In this document: piece by piece, positions 14,256-22,719 of the stretch
Layout of the letters: each line of letters begins with the position of its first letter
How positions within the stretch are numbered: position 1 is the first letter of the stretch
DNA from: Parcubacteria group bacterium
Lineage (GTDB): Bacteria; Patescibacteriota; Minisyncoccia; Phycocordibacterales; Phycocordibacteraceae
Direction of reading: 5' to 3'
Assembly: GCA_028286605.1 (NCBI GenBank)
Contig: JAQBRE010000003.1
Coordinates: 17,275 to 81,274 of the forward strand
DNA length: 64,000 nucleotides
Made by a program: the position numbers and the translations under genes
The notes under the pieces: model-generated
The model's database searches: none
What the model saw: the letters and a program-made list of their open reading frames with translations, nothing else
Told to the model about the DNA's origin: nothing

Positions 14256-14263
14256 GTGCTAGA

Positions 14264-14635
14264 TTAGTAGCTGTTGCCGCCGCCGAAGCCGCCGCGATCG
14301 CCACCTCCACCACCATAGCCTCCGCCGCGAGCGCCGCCGAAGCCGCCTTCGCGACGAGCAGGACGGTCGCCAGCTGGACGATCACCCTGTGGGCGAGCGA
14401 AGGAAACAGAGAGCATACGCCCGTCTAGTTCCTTGCCATCCCAACGGTCGATCGCAGCCTGTGCCATCGTCTCGTCAGCCATCTCCACGAAGCCGAAGCC
14501 GCGTGAGCGATTGGTCATACGATCCATGATAATTGATGCGGACGTCACCGTACCTGCTTCTTCGAAGGTAGCGCGGAGTTCATCCTCGGTCGTGCGGTAT
14601 GGAATACCGCCGACATAGAGCTTGTTTGTTGCCAT
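14264..14635 (-). CDS. RRM-type RNA-binding protein with glycine-rich C-terminus
   Basis: RNP-2 KLYVGGIP and RNP-1 RGFGFVEM; C-terminal GGYGGGGGDRGGFGGG. Confidence 0.85.
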   Translation of the reverse strand: MATNKLYVGGIPYRTTEDELRATFEEAGTVTSASIIMDRMTNRSRGFGFVEMADETMAQAAIDRWDGKELDGRMLSVSFARPQGDRPAGDRPARREGGFGGARGGGYGGGGGDRGGFGGGNSY

Positions 14636-14803
14636 GAGGGCTGAGAATACTACGTAATAATCTCGCTGGCACCGAACACTTGGGGAGACACGTTTTGGAG
14701 CGGTCGCACAAAGCTTCTGGAAATCGGCGAGTCATTAGCAGTATGCTACAAAACACCCCAAATCGCAAGGCAGTTGACTAAAGGTGGGGAAAAGTATACC
14801 GGC

Positions 14804-16039
14804 CTACTCGTAGCGGAGCGCATCGATAGGATTCATGCGTGCCGCGCGGCGTGCGGGGTACCAGCCGAAGATAACACCGATCGCGGCGGAAACGCCGAAG
14901 GCAAGCGCGATTGAACCGAGGGAAACAGAGGCGGCGAGCAGACCAGTGGCCGTCGTTAAGAAAGCGATGAGCACGCCTAACAGGATACCGACGGTACCGC
15001 CGATGACCGTAAGCACGAGAGACTCAAGAAGAAACTGATTGCTGATATCTTTCTGGTTCGCGCCGATAGCTTTGCGCAAGCCTATCTCACGCGTACGTTC
15101 CGTAACGCTGGTGAGCATCATGTTCATGATACCGATGCCGCCCACAAGCAGCGAGATGCCGGCGACTGCGCCAAGGAGCAGCGTGAACGTACCGGTTACT
15201 GATGATGCCGTAGCGACGATCGAAGCTTGGTTAAGAATACTGAAATCGGCTTGCGTCGGATCGCTTATCTGATGGCGCTGAAGAAGAAGGTTCGTCGTAT
15301 CAGTCTGGACCTGTGTCATGGCGTCTGCGCTTTGCGCCTGGATGTCTACGGTGGTGAGGTATTCGCCACCGGCAAGATAGCGCGCTGCAGTTGCGACAGG
15401 AATGTACACCATGTCGTCTGAGTTAGTGAATCCAGTGCCGCCTTTCGCCTGTGTTACGCCGATGATGGTAAAGACGATACCGTTAATGCGGATCTGTTGT
15501 CCGATCACATCAGCAGCAACTGCATCTGCGCCGAAGAGATCGGTCATGGTGGTCGGGCCGATGACGGCAACTTTCGATAAGGACTGCACCTGTTCAGAAG
15601 AAAAGAATGTGCCGTCGGTAACGGTTACGTCACGAACCGTCGCGTATTCAGGACTCACACCATCAACGGTGGTATTCGTATTCGTTCCTTTCGCAGTAAC
15701 CTGATAGCGCGAAGAAATTTCCTGCGCAACAGCAGTGATGCCGGAAACTTGCGCGCTGATCGCGTTAGCATCCGCGATAGTGAGCGTGTGCGAAGAGCCG
15801 CGTCCTGCGGACGCTCCGAAGCCGCCAACGTTCTTTGTAGCGCCTGGCGTAACGATAAGCAGGTTCGAGCCGAGGGATTGAATACTCGATTGTATCGAAG
15901 CCTGCGCGCCATTGCCGATAGCGACGAGCGCGATAACGGAAGCGATACCGATTACGATGCCGAGCATCGTAAGGCCGGCACGCGCCTTGTTCGCGGAAAG
16001 GGCAGTGAATGTTTCTTCAAAAAGATCTTTTGAGGTCAT
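14804..16039 (-). CDS. ABC transporter permease, MacB/FtsX family
   Basis: N-terminal TM, large periplasmic MacB-type core domain, C-terminal FtsX-like 3-TM bundle; 4-bp overlap with upstream ATPase. Confidence 0.8.
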   Translation of the reverse strand: MTSKDLFEETFTALSANKARAGLTMLGIVIGIASVIALVAIGNGAQASIQSSIQSLGSNLLIVTPGATKNVGGFGASAGRGSSHTLTIADANAISAQVSGITAVAQEISSRYQVTAKGTNTNTTVDGVSPEYATVRDVTVTDGTFFSSEQVQSLSKVAVIGPTTMTDLFGADAVAADVIGQQIRINGIVFTIIGVTQAKGGTGFTNSDDMVYIPVATAARYLAGGEYLTTVDIQAQSADAMTQVQTDTTNLLLQRHQISDPTQADFSILNQASIVATASSVTGTFTLLLGAVAGISLLVGGIGIMNMMLTSVTERTREIGLRKAIGANQKDISNQFLLESLVLTVIGGTVGILLGVLIAFLTTATGLLAASVSLGSIALAFGVSAAIGVIFGWYPARRAARMNPIDALRYE

Positions 16040-16767
16040 GCGAGTGTAGGTGCGGCTTCAGCCATATGGTGAATCTTTCTGCGCGTGTGCGTGCTGTCAT
16101 CGCTTTCTATGTGGCCGTCGCGTACACGAATGATTCGTTTCGCATAGAGCGCGACATCTTCTTCATGCGTAATAAGAATAATGGTGCGCCCATGCTCTTC
16201 GTTCAGGCGGCTGAACGTGTCGAGCACGATTTCCGTCGTCTTGGAATCAAGATTACCCGTCGGCTCATCCGCAAGAATGAGTGCCGGATCGTTCACCAGT
16301 GCGCGTGCGATAGCGACGCGTTGTATCTGTCCGCCGGAAAGCTGGTTCGATTTATGCTCGTAGCGCGATTCGTCGAGGCCAGCAGCTTTGAGTGATTTCT
16401 TCGCGCGTTCTTCGCGTTCTGCTTCAGGAATATTTGCATACATAAGAGGAAGCATCACGTTGCGAAGTACGGTAGTACGGGGAAGCAGATTGAATGCCTG
16501 GAAGACGAAGCCGATGTTGCGCTTGCGTACGTCAGCGAGCTCATCGTCTGAAAGGGTAGAGACATCCTCACCATCAAGCACATACGTGCCGGAAGTCGGT
16601 GTATCAAGACACCCCAGGATGTGCATGAGCGTAGACTTTCCGGAACCGGAAGGACCCATGATGGCGACGAATTCGCCGGTGTTTATTTTGAACGACACGT
16701 GATCGAGCGCGCGCGTTTCTGTTTCGCCCGTTGAATAGATCTTGCTGATATCAGTGACTTCGATCAT
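16036..16767 (-). CDS. ABC transporter ATP-binding protein (MacB/LolD-type)
   Basis: Walker A GPSGSGKST, signature LSGGQIQRVAIARAL, Walker B LILADEPTGNLD. Confidence 0.9.
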   Translation of the reverse strand: MIEVTDISKIYSTGETETRALDHVSFKINTGEFVAIMGPSGSGKSTLMHILGCLDTPTSGTYVLDGEDVSTLSDDELADVRKRNIGFVFQAFNLLPRTTVLRNVMLPLMYANIPEAEREERAKKSLKAAGLDESRYEHKSNQLSGGQIQRVAIARALVNDPALILADEPTGNLDSKTTEIVLDTFSRLNEEHGRTIILITHEEDVALYAKRIIRVRDGHIESDDSTHTRRKIHHMAEAAPTLA

Positions 16768-16772
16768 AAGGC

Positions 16773-18671
16773 TTAGCCGCCGGTGCGTCCTGCGAAGCCG
16801 CTATTTCCACCGCCGGTCGTACGAGTCGTTGCACCGGTCGCGCCTGCACGACTACCGCCTAGCGAACCAAGAAGGCTTGGCGCGGTTGCGCTCGTTGCGG
16901 TGGTCTTGCCGCTCGCGGCAATCGTTTGTGTTACCACCCGCATGCCAGGCGTAAGGCCGGTGAGCACTTCCGTCATCGTATCGCTCTGTAAGCCTATCGT
17001 TACGGGTACGCGCTTAAGAGTGACGGTATCAGCACTTACGGTTGCGGTGCGCGCACCGAACGCTGCGCTACCTGTGCCGGTAAATGTACGAGTGCTTGAT
17101 GCGGTGCTGCTTCCGGTGCGTCCTACGAACGCGGTGGTGGAAGTTGCGCTTCGTACACGACGTGCGGCGGTGCTCGTTCCTGTCGTTGCGCCCTGCGCTG
17201 GCGTCGTACTGCTGGTTGGTACGGCAACTTCAACGTAATAGGTAGAGCCTTGCGTTTTTACTGCTGCAGAAGGTACGACGAGTGCTGCGGCTTTAGATGC
17301 CGTAACGATCGTTGCGTTAACGGTCATGCCTGGGCGCACGCGCGAGTCGCCGCCACCAAGGCTTATCTTCACGCTATAGCTGACGACTCCCTGCGTTACC
17401 GTTCCTACTGAATCTATTTCAGCGACCGTGCCGTTAAGCGTGAGTCCGTTGATAGCGTCGAAAGTGAGGGTAGTAGGCTGGCCTACCTGAACTTTTTCAG
17501 CATCTGTTTCGTTGAGCGAAAGCTGCGCGAATTGATCGTCCGTTATAAGGGTTGCTGCTGCCGCGCTGCCGCCTGCCGTATCGAATTTCTGTACATTCAC
17601 TTTCGCGATGGTGCCGGCGAATGGCGCGACGACGCTGTAGTCTGCGAGCGCATCGAGTGCGTCATTGTACGCATTCTGCGCTTTGGTAAGCGAAAGCTGC
17701 GCGCTCTGTACATCCAGCGATGGTCCTGCAGTTGAATTCAATGTCTGGAGCGAGCTCGCGAGTGCGGTCTCTGCGGTGCTGAGCTGCGTGGTTGCCGAGG
17801 TTATCGGCGAGATATCAGCGTTAATCTTCGTTATACGCGCGGCAAGGTCGGTTGGCACCGCAAGTGCGTTGTGCACCTGAAGCGTCTGATTCACGAGTGT
17901 AAGAAATGCGAGCGTATCTTTCACTGCCTGCGTGGTTGCCGCTGAAGAGGTGTATTCAGTTTTTGCGAGCGCGAGCAATGTTTGCGGTGATGACGTGCGC
18001 GTCGCCGTTATGTATGCGCTCGTTGCTGCATCGTGCGCAGTAATCGCTGCGTGATATGAATTTATCGCCTGCAGTTCTGCAACCGCTGCGCTTGGATCGA
18101 CGCTCTGAATGCTATTCATGTCTGCAACGAGGCCGCCGTTATTATCAATGACGGAACGAAGATCCGTAATCGCGTTCGGCACCGCAGTCTCATCATTCAC
18201 TACCGCGTCAAAAGTGTTACCGGATGCGTCTACTGAAGTCGTATTCGAGGAAGAAATAGATTGCGCGTATGAAATCTTTGCACCCTGCAGGTTCGCGAGC
18301 GCGTCGCGCACCGCTTTCTGCGCGGCGGTATCATCGACCGTTGCGATGAGCGTGCCAGCGCTTACATGATCGCCCGCTTTCACATCAATGCTCGTAACCA
18401 CGCCAGAAGCCTTCGGCGTAAGGTCGAGCTCATGTGAAGAAGCCACTTGTCCGCTGCCGGTAACCGTGGTTTGAATTGGCGCGATGCTTGCCACAGCTAC
18501 GACATACTGCGCTGCAGTGTGATCTGCTTTATATGTGGTGTACCCATAGTATCCAGCACCCGCCACGACCAAGATCGCGATACCTGCCTGAATCTTATGG
18601 CGCATCGCGTAGCCGCCCGCGCCTAGGAAGAAGTTCTTGATTGCGCTGAGGATGTTCTTGAGCGTTTGCAT
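16773..18671 (-). CDS. HlyD/MacA-family periplasmic adaptor (membrane fusion protein) with long coiled-coil and approx 170-aa S/T/G/A-rich C-terminal tail
   Basis: N-terminal TM anchor, biotinyl/lipoyl-like hairpins (VTGSGQV...VKAGDHVSAGTLIATVD), extended coiled-coil, beta-barrel (VRPGMTVNATIV), then low-complexity tail. Confidence 0.7.
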   Translation of the reverse strand: MQTLKNILSAIKNFFLGAGGYAMRHKIQAGIAILVVAGAGYYGYTTYKADHTAAQYVVAVASIAPIQTTVTGSGQVASSHELDLTPKASGVVTSIDVKAGDHVSAGTLIATVDDTAAQKAVRDALANLQGAKISYAQSISSSNTTSVDASGNTFDAVVNDETAVPNAITDLRSVIDNNGGLVADMNSIQSVDPSAAVAELQAINSYHAAITAHDAATSAYITATRTSSPQTLLALAKTEYTSSAATTQAVKDTLAFLTLVNQTLQVHNALAVPTDLAARITKINADISPITSATTQLSTAETALASSLQTLNSTAGPSLDVQSAQLSLTKAQNAYNDALDALADYSVVAPFAGTIAKVNVQKFDTAGGSAAAATLITDDQFAQLSLNETDAEKVQVGQPTTLTFDAINGLTLNGTVAEIDSVGTVTQGVVSYSVKISLGGGDSRVRPGMTVNATIVTASKAAALVVPSAAVKTQGSTYYVEVAVPTSSTTPAQGATTGTSTAARRVRSATSTTAFVGRTGSSTASSTRTFTGTGSAAFGARTATVSADTVTLKRVPVTIGLQSDTMTEVLTGLTPGMRVVTQTIAASGKTTATSATAPSLLGSLGGSRAGATGATTRTTGGGNSGFAGRTGG

Positions 18672-18673
18672 GG

Positions 18674-19153
18674 TTACGGGGTTGGGTTAGTGGGTGCAGG
18701 AGGCGCAGGCACGATACGAATAAGGCGAGCATGAACGCTGCCGTCATCCATGGGTTCACCGAAGATGACGACTAAATCACCGGCACTCAGAGCGCTTGAG
18801 CTTGCATTGCCGTTCTGCGTGCGAATCATCGTATCTGCGTCGAACATGACGTTCTGCTCGGGGCCGCTGGTATTTGCAATAATTATTGAAGAAGGTGTAA
18901 CGCTCACGATCTTTCCCATGGCGCCGTGGCCGCCCGGAGTACCGGGCTGCATGAAGCGTGCGGTGGTCGTACCGAAGGTACGACCATAATTCTCATCAAG
19001 ATGATAGCCGTACGCGGCGCGATGAAATCCGAATGCTGCACCCGCCTGAAAGGCGACGAAGAGCGCAAGCACGGCGATGACTACTGCCGCGATTAAGCGA
19101 AACTGTTCGCTACGTACCCACGCCTTCGCACTATCTGTATCGAATGATTTCAT
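18674..19153 (-). CDS. hypothetical membrane-anchored protein (operon with efflux system)
   Basis: One N-terminal TM helix; C-terminal P/A-rich tail; no family assignment. Confidence 0.45.
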   Translation of the reverse strand: MKSFDTDSAKAWVRSEQFRLIAAVVIAVLALFVAFQAGAAFGFHRAAYGYHLDENYGRTFGTTTARFMQPGTPGGHGAMGKIVSVTPSSIIIANTSGPEQNVMFDADTMIRTQNGNASSSALSAGDLVVIFGEPMDDGSVHARLIRIVPAPPAPTNPTP

Positions 19154-19165
19154 ATGCTCAGTATA

Positions 19166-19612
19166 TTATGCGATGCGTATGCGCGGACGTATCCCGAATC
19201 CAACCGAACTGCGAAGGGAAACGAGGAACACGGCGACGAGTGCGAGCACGAGCGTGCTTTCGATACTAGGTACCGATTCAACAAGGCTCGCGAAGAACGA
19301 AGTGAAGTGTGCGGAAACGATGCTGCTGTCTGAAACTATCAGTGATGCGTATGCGGTGAAGCCTGATGCGCTTGCTGCCGCCACGAACGCTTGTATGGAA
19401 ATGAAGAGGCCGCCGAATGAAATCAAGCTTATGCCGCCGGAAAGCATACGAACCGTATGTGCCATACGTGCCTGACGAGCCCGTTCGCGGGAAAGGGCAG
19501 TGCGGACACGAATGGTGAGGTCTTCAGGCAGGTCGCTCTGAAGAGCTTCGTGGAGCAGGTCTATACCTTGATGCATATACCCTATACGCGGCTCAGGTTG
19601 GTTATGTTGCAT
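19166..19612 (-). CDS. putative anti-sigma factor (membrane protein downstream of ECF sigma)
   Basis: Overlaps sigma gene by 11 nt; cytoplasmic N-domain followed by TM segments, typical anti-sigma arrangement. Confidence 0.5.
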   Translation of the reverse strand: MQHNQPEPRIGYMHQGIDLLHEALQSDLPEDLTIRVRTALSRERARQARMAHTVRMLSGGISLISFGGLFISIQAFVAAASASGFTAYASLIVSDSSIVSAHFTSFFASLVESVPSIESTLVLALVAVFLVSLRSSVGFGIRPRIRIA

Positions 19613-20162
19613 GGGGAAGGGCTGCTTTTAAACGGAGTAATGCACGGCGATGGATACTGCGAACGGTACTTGCCGGTACTCCTAGTATAGTGGCGATTTC
19701 CTCAAACGGGAGTTCGTCATCATAGCGAAGAGCAAGGAGGGTCTGTTCGCGCGGCGCAAGCTGCGCAAGCGCGTTACGCACTTCTTCCGCAGACTCAGCG
19801 CGCGCGAATAATTCATCGGCGCGTGGTTCGGTATCCGCTTCTCGTTCTGCGAATGTGAGCCCTTCGTCTGATTCTATCTGCGCGAAGGGAAGCGTGCGCT
19901 TCTCTTTTCGCAACAGATCCGTCGCTGCGTTACGTGCAATTTGAAGAAGCCACGGCGCAAGCGGCCGCGCAGGATCGAAACGCTTTATATTGCGCCACGC
20001 CTTCACGAAGGTTTCTTGTGCGGCATCTTCAGCGAGGTCCGGCTTTCCGGTAAACCGTGCGACGAATCGATATACGGAAGGGAGGTGTCGGGCCACAAGC
20101 GTATCGAAAGCAGAATCGTCGCCTGCCTGCGCTTGCTCAATAAGTTCCTGCTCATCCGCCAT
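19602..20162 (-). CDS. RNA polymerase sigma factor, ECF (sigma-70 group 4)
   Basis: Region 2 (VYRFVARFTGKPDLAEDAAQETFVKAWRNIKRF) and region 4 (LAPREQTLLALRYDDELPFEEIATILGVPASTVRSIHRRAL). Confidence 0.85.
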   Translation of the reverse strand: MADEQELIEQAQAGDDSAFDTLVARHLPSVYRFVARFTGKPDLAEDAAQETFVKAWRNIKRFDPARPLAPWLLQIARNAATDLLRKEKRTLPFAQIESDEGLTFAEREADTEPRADELFARAESAEEVRNALAQLAPREQTLLALRYDDELPFEEIATILGVPASTVRSIHRRALLRLKAALPHAT

Positions 20163-20212
20163 AGGTGCATATCATGGTACTTCATATACTCCCGATGCGT
20201 TATAAATAAGGT

Positions 20213-20893
20213 ATGAAGGTATTCTCATTTCTTACTGAAGTTTTCGTTCGCGCCTTGCCAGCGCTGGTTGGAATAACGCTCCTTGCCGGCGTGGCCTATG
20301 TGAACGATCAGCAGACGTGGCGCATGATGGCGAATGAACCGCAGGAATGGATAGCGCAAAACGCAGCTAACACCGCTGCACAGCAAACGTCCGCACCGGT
20401 CGCCCCTATAGATACAATCACCGGTACGAATACGCCCGTACTAAACCCCACGCCAGAAGATGCTGCACCACTTCCTGCTACGGCACAAGGATCGCAAACG
20501 CATATAGCGATAGAACGCGATGAAGCGCCGTACACGATTCTGTACAACGCGAAGCGTGATGCGGTTTCCGGAACCGGCTATCTGCACGGTGTTCTTCCGC
20601 AGCTTCCGAGCGGCATCTTCGATGCCGCGGCCAAAGCCGGCGTGAATCGTCTCACCTGGCAGCCTGAACCCGGCGTGCGCCAGGCAATCGTCGTCCTTCC
20701 GATTACAGGCGGACCCCTCACTGGCGGCTTCGTCGTTGCGGGCCGCTCGCTCGCCTATACCGAATGGCAGGAGTCGCAACTCACCCAACGCTGGATTCTT
20801 GGCTGGCTCGCTTCTGCAATCGGAATCCTAATCATCTCAGCGATTATCGCCTTCCTCCATCTTCGCCGCCGCACCGCACCAACACCTGTTTAA
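20213..20893 (+). CDS. hypothetical membrane protein (N- and C-terminal TM helices), divergent from ECF sigma gene
   Basis: 226 aa; no recognisable domain. Confidence 0.45.
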   Translation: MKVFSFLTEVFVRALPALVGITLLAGVAYVNDQQTWRMMANEPQEWIAQNAANTAAQQTSAPVAPIDTITGTNTPVLNPTPEDAAPLPATAQGSQTHIAIERDEAPYTILYNAKRDAVSGTGYLHGVLPQLPSGIFDAAAKAGVNRLTWQPEPGVRQAIVVLPITGGPLTGGFVVAGRSLAYTEWQESQLTQRWILGWLASAIGILIISAIIAFLHLRRRTAPTPV

Positions 20894-20896
20894 ATA

Positions 20897-20926
20897 AGAA
20901 TTCCAACATCGTCCCAGACTGCCAGC
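20897..20926 (+). repeat. copy a of conserved 28-30 nt intergenic motif AAGGTTCCAACATCGTCCCAGACTGCCAGC
   Basis: Exact match to consensus over 26 nt. Confidence 0.8.
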
Positions 20927-21050
20927 ATAATTTCTAGAGAGGCATTTTTAGGTGCTTTTGCGAGTACCTCGTAGGGTAAATAATACGCTTCATGAAGACG
21001 AAGGCAACACAAATATGGAACCGCCCGACTTTCGCCGGGCGGCCATGGAG

Positions 21051-21308
21051 TCAGGCGGCATTCGCCTGACGAAGAGCAGAGATGTCGACAACTCGGTAGA
21101 GGGAGATGGCTTCTGCCTTGATCCTTCCACTTGGATCGCGAGCTGAGCGTTCGCGCATGATGCCGATGACTTTTACCAGCGCGGCGTCATCAGATTCAGC
21201 TTCGAAATACTCGACTGACTTTCGGGTAGTCATGCCAGCACGCCGACTTCCTTCGCCGTCATCTCCACCAAAATGCTCGGGCTCATTAAACTCAAACCTA
21301 TAGCTCAT
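21051..21308 (-). CDS. hypothetical small acidic protein (85 aa) flanked by motif copies a and b
   Basis: MSYRFEFNEPEHFGGDDGEG...; strong SD AAGGAAGG about 8 nt upstream of ATG 21308. Confidence 0.45.
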   Translation of the reverse strand: MSYRFEFNEPEHFGGDDGEGSRRAGMTTRKSVEYFEAESDDAALVKVIGIMRERSARDPSGRIKAEAISLYRVVDISALRQANAA

Positions 21309-21395
21309 AGAGCTTTCCTTCCTTTTGTTTACTGGAGAATCCAGTGCCGAGAACCAATCCCATGTAATCAAATCACTTTCAAGGCAGAAGTGCAA

Positions 21396-21426
21396 AAGGT
21401 TACAACATCGTCCCAGACTAGTCAGC
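21396..21426 (+). repeat. copy b of conserved intergenic motif (variant AAGGTTACAACATCGTCCCAGACTAGTCAGC)
   Basis: 27/31 identity to consensus. Confidence 0.75.
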
Positions 21427-21479
21427 TAGTCAAATTTATTTTACGTAGTATAGTCTCTCTGGTTAGAAGGAGAGACACC

Positions 21480-21617
21480 ATGTGCGATGGTTGCAATGAT
21501 CCACGGTGCCAGTTTGGTTGTCTGATCGCGGAGAGCATCAGGGCGAGGGAAGAAAACCCTCAAACTGAAAAGCCGCGCCAGGAATCCTGGTTCCATCGGC
21601 TGTTTCGGTTCTCCTAG
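21480..21617 (+). CDS. Cys-rich small protein (45 aa, CxxC-x4-C-x3-C)
   Basis: MCDGCNDPRCQFGCLIAESIRAREENPQTEKPRQESWFHRLFRFS; strong SD GAAGGAGAG 5 nt upstream; TAGTCA-N16-TATAGT promoter-like element at 21427-21454 just after motif b. Confidence 0.45.
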   Translation: MCDGCNDPRCQFGCLIAESIRAREENPQTEKPRQESWFHRLFRFS

Positions 21618-21675
21618 CGAGAACCTTAAACTTTGAGTCGCCTAGTACCGAAAGGGAACGGCGGCTTTTGTTATG

Positions 21676-21704
21676 TAGGTTCCAACATGGTCCCAGACTG
21701 CCAG
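21676..21704 (+). repeat. copy c of conserved intergenic motif (AGGTTCCAACATGGTCCCAGACTGCCAGC)
   Basis: One substitution relative to consensus. Confidence 0.8.
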
Positions 21705-21729
21705 CACATATAAAAAGTATGGGTCCCGC

Positions 21730-22050
21730 CTATACAGAGCGGGACCCAGTTCCGAGCAGGTGGATTAGACCTGCTTCGCGCACGAATTCAAAAACATCTT
21801 CTTCGGATAAGAATTCGTCGCTCTGGACGTATATCCAGTCGTCATAATCTTCATCGGTAGGGGTGATGAGGATTTGGTGGATGCCGATGCGAGGAGATTC
21901 ATCGAACCCCTCCCCAGCCAGCTGCTTATCAACCACCTTCATGTAATCGATGCCGCCGTGCGTAGCGAACTCGCGTACCTCTTTGAGGGCTGCAACCCGA
22001 GAGAGTCCGCGTTCCTGATCCCTATCGGGATAGAGTATTTCGTATCTCAT
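21730..22050 (-). CDS. hypothetical small acidic protein (106 aa) flanked by motif copies c and d
   Basis: AGGAGG SD 6 nt upstream of ATG 22050; C-terminal segment resembles that of 32824-33225 (acidic stretch then E.GLI..HL). Confidence 0.5.
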   Translation of the reverse strand: MRYEILYPDRDQERGLSRVAALKEVREFATHGGIDYMKVVDKQLAGEGFDESPRIGIHQILITPTDEDYDDWIYVQSDEFLSEEDVFEFVREAGLIHLLGTGSRSV

Positions 22051-22114
22051 ACGAGCCTCCTAAGAACACTCAGTATAACTATACCACCTATTCTAATAAG
22101 AACAAGTCCTCACG

Positions 22115-22140
22115 AAGGTTCCAACATCGTCCCAGTCAGT
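22115..22140 (+). repeat. copy d of conserved intergenic motif (AAGGTTCCAACATCGTCCCAG-TCAGT, 3' part deleted)
   Basis: First 21 nt identical to consensus. Confidence 0.75.
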
Positions 22141-22202
22141 AACTATTTATATAAAAGAAAAGCGACCCCCGAAGGAGTCGCTCTGTAGTCGCACAAGCGC
22201 GA

Positions 22203-22628
22203 CTAGGTGGTGCCGATGAAGATGGTCGGCTTGTGGGCAATGCGTGCTGCGGCCAGGAGCATGTCGAGGGCATTGCTGCTTATGCCGTTGCAGCACTTCA
22301 AGAGCTCGATAGTCCTGAGATCGGAAAGCTGGGGAAGCAGGTCAGTCAGTTCACTGGAACCGACCTCACCGAACATCCATGCCACCGTGACGCCGAGTGC
22401 GTCAGCGATGTGACTGAGTCGAGAAGCAGAGATGCGATTCGCACCGCTTTCATACTTCTGGATTTGCTGGAACGTGATGCCTACCTTTTCCGCCAAGGTC
22501 TGCTGGCTCATGTTGAGCTCTTTGCGCCTGACGCGCATACGAGCGCCAACCTGAAGGTCGATCAGATCGGCTGTCTTGGGATTTGCGGAAGAGGGCATTG
22601 TGCTGCCGTCGGCCATTTGTAACCTCAA
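22203..22628 (-). CDS. XRE-family (Cro/C1-type) helix-turn-helix transcriptional regulator
   Basis: MSQQTLAEKVGITFQQIQKYESGANRISASRLSHIADALG is a canonical HTH_XRE; true start may be an internal Met (MADGS...). Confidence 0.8.
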   Translation of the reverse strand: MRLQMADGSTMPSSANPKTADLIDLQVGARMRVRRKELNMSQQTLAEKVGITFQQIQKYESGANRISASRLSHIADALGVTVAWMFGEVGSSELTDLLPQLSDLRTIELLKCCNGISSNALDMLLAAARIAHKPTIFIGTT

Positions 22629-22719
22629 TGTTCTGTGAATACAGTAGAGACTGGGGACCCAAACCTCTAAATGTATTATATTCTATAATACGGAAAAGTC
22701 AATGTCATCCTATCGCATC

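Noticed and set aside
20952-21146. 64-aa + strand ORF (MLLRVPRR... / MEPPDF...) downstream of motif copy a
   Set aside because: Overlaps antisense with the better-supported minus-strand gene 21051-21308, which has a strong SD. It has no good RBS of its own.
20897-22140. Possible CRISPR array (regularly recurring about 30-nt repeat)
   Set aside because: Repeat spacing is irregular (283, 437, 499 bp), intervals contain ORFs with RBSs, and no cas genes are nearby. This is not CRISPR.
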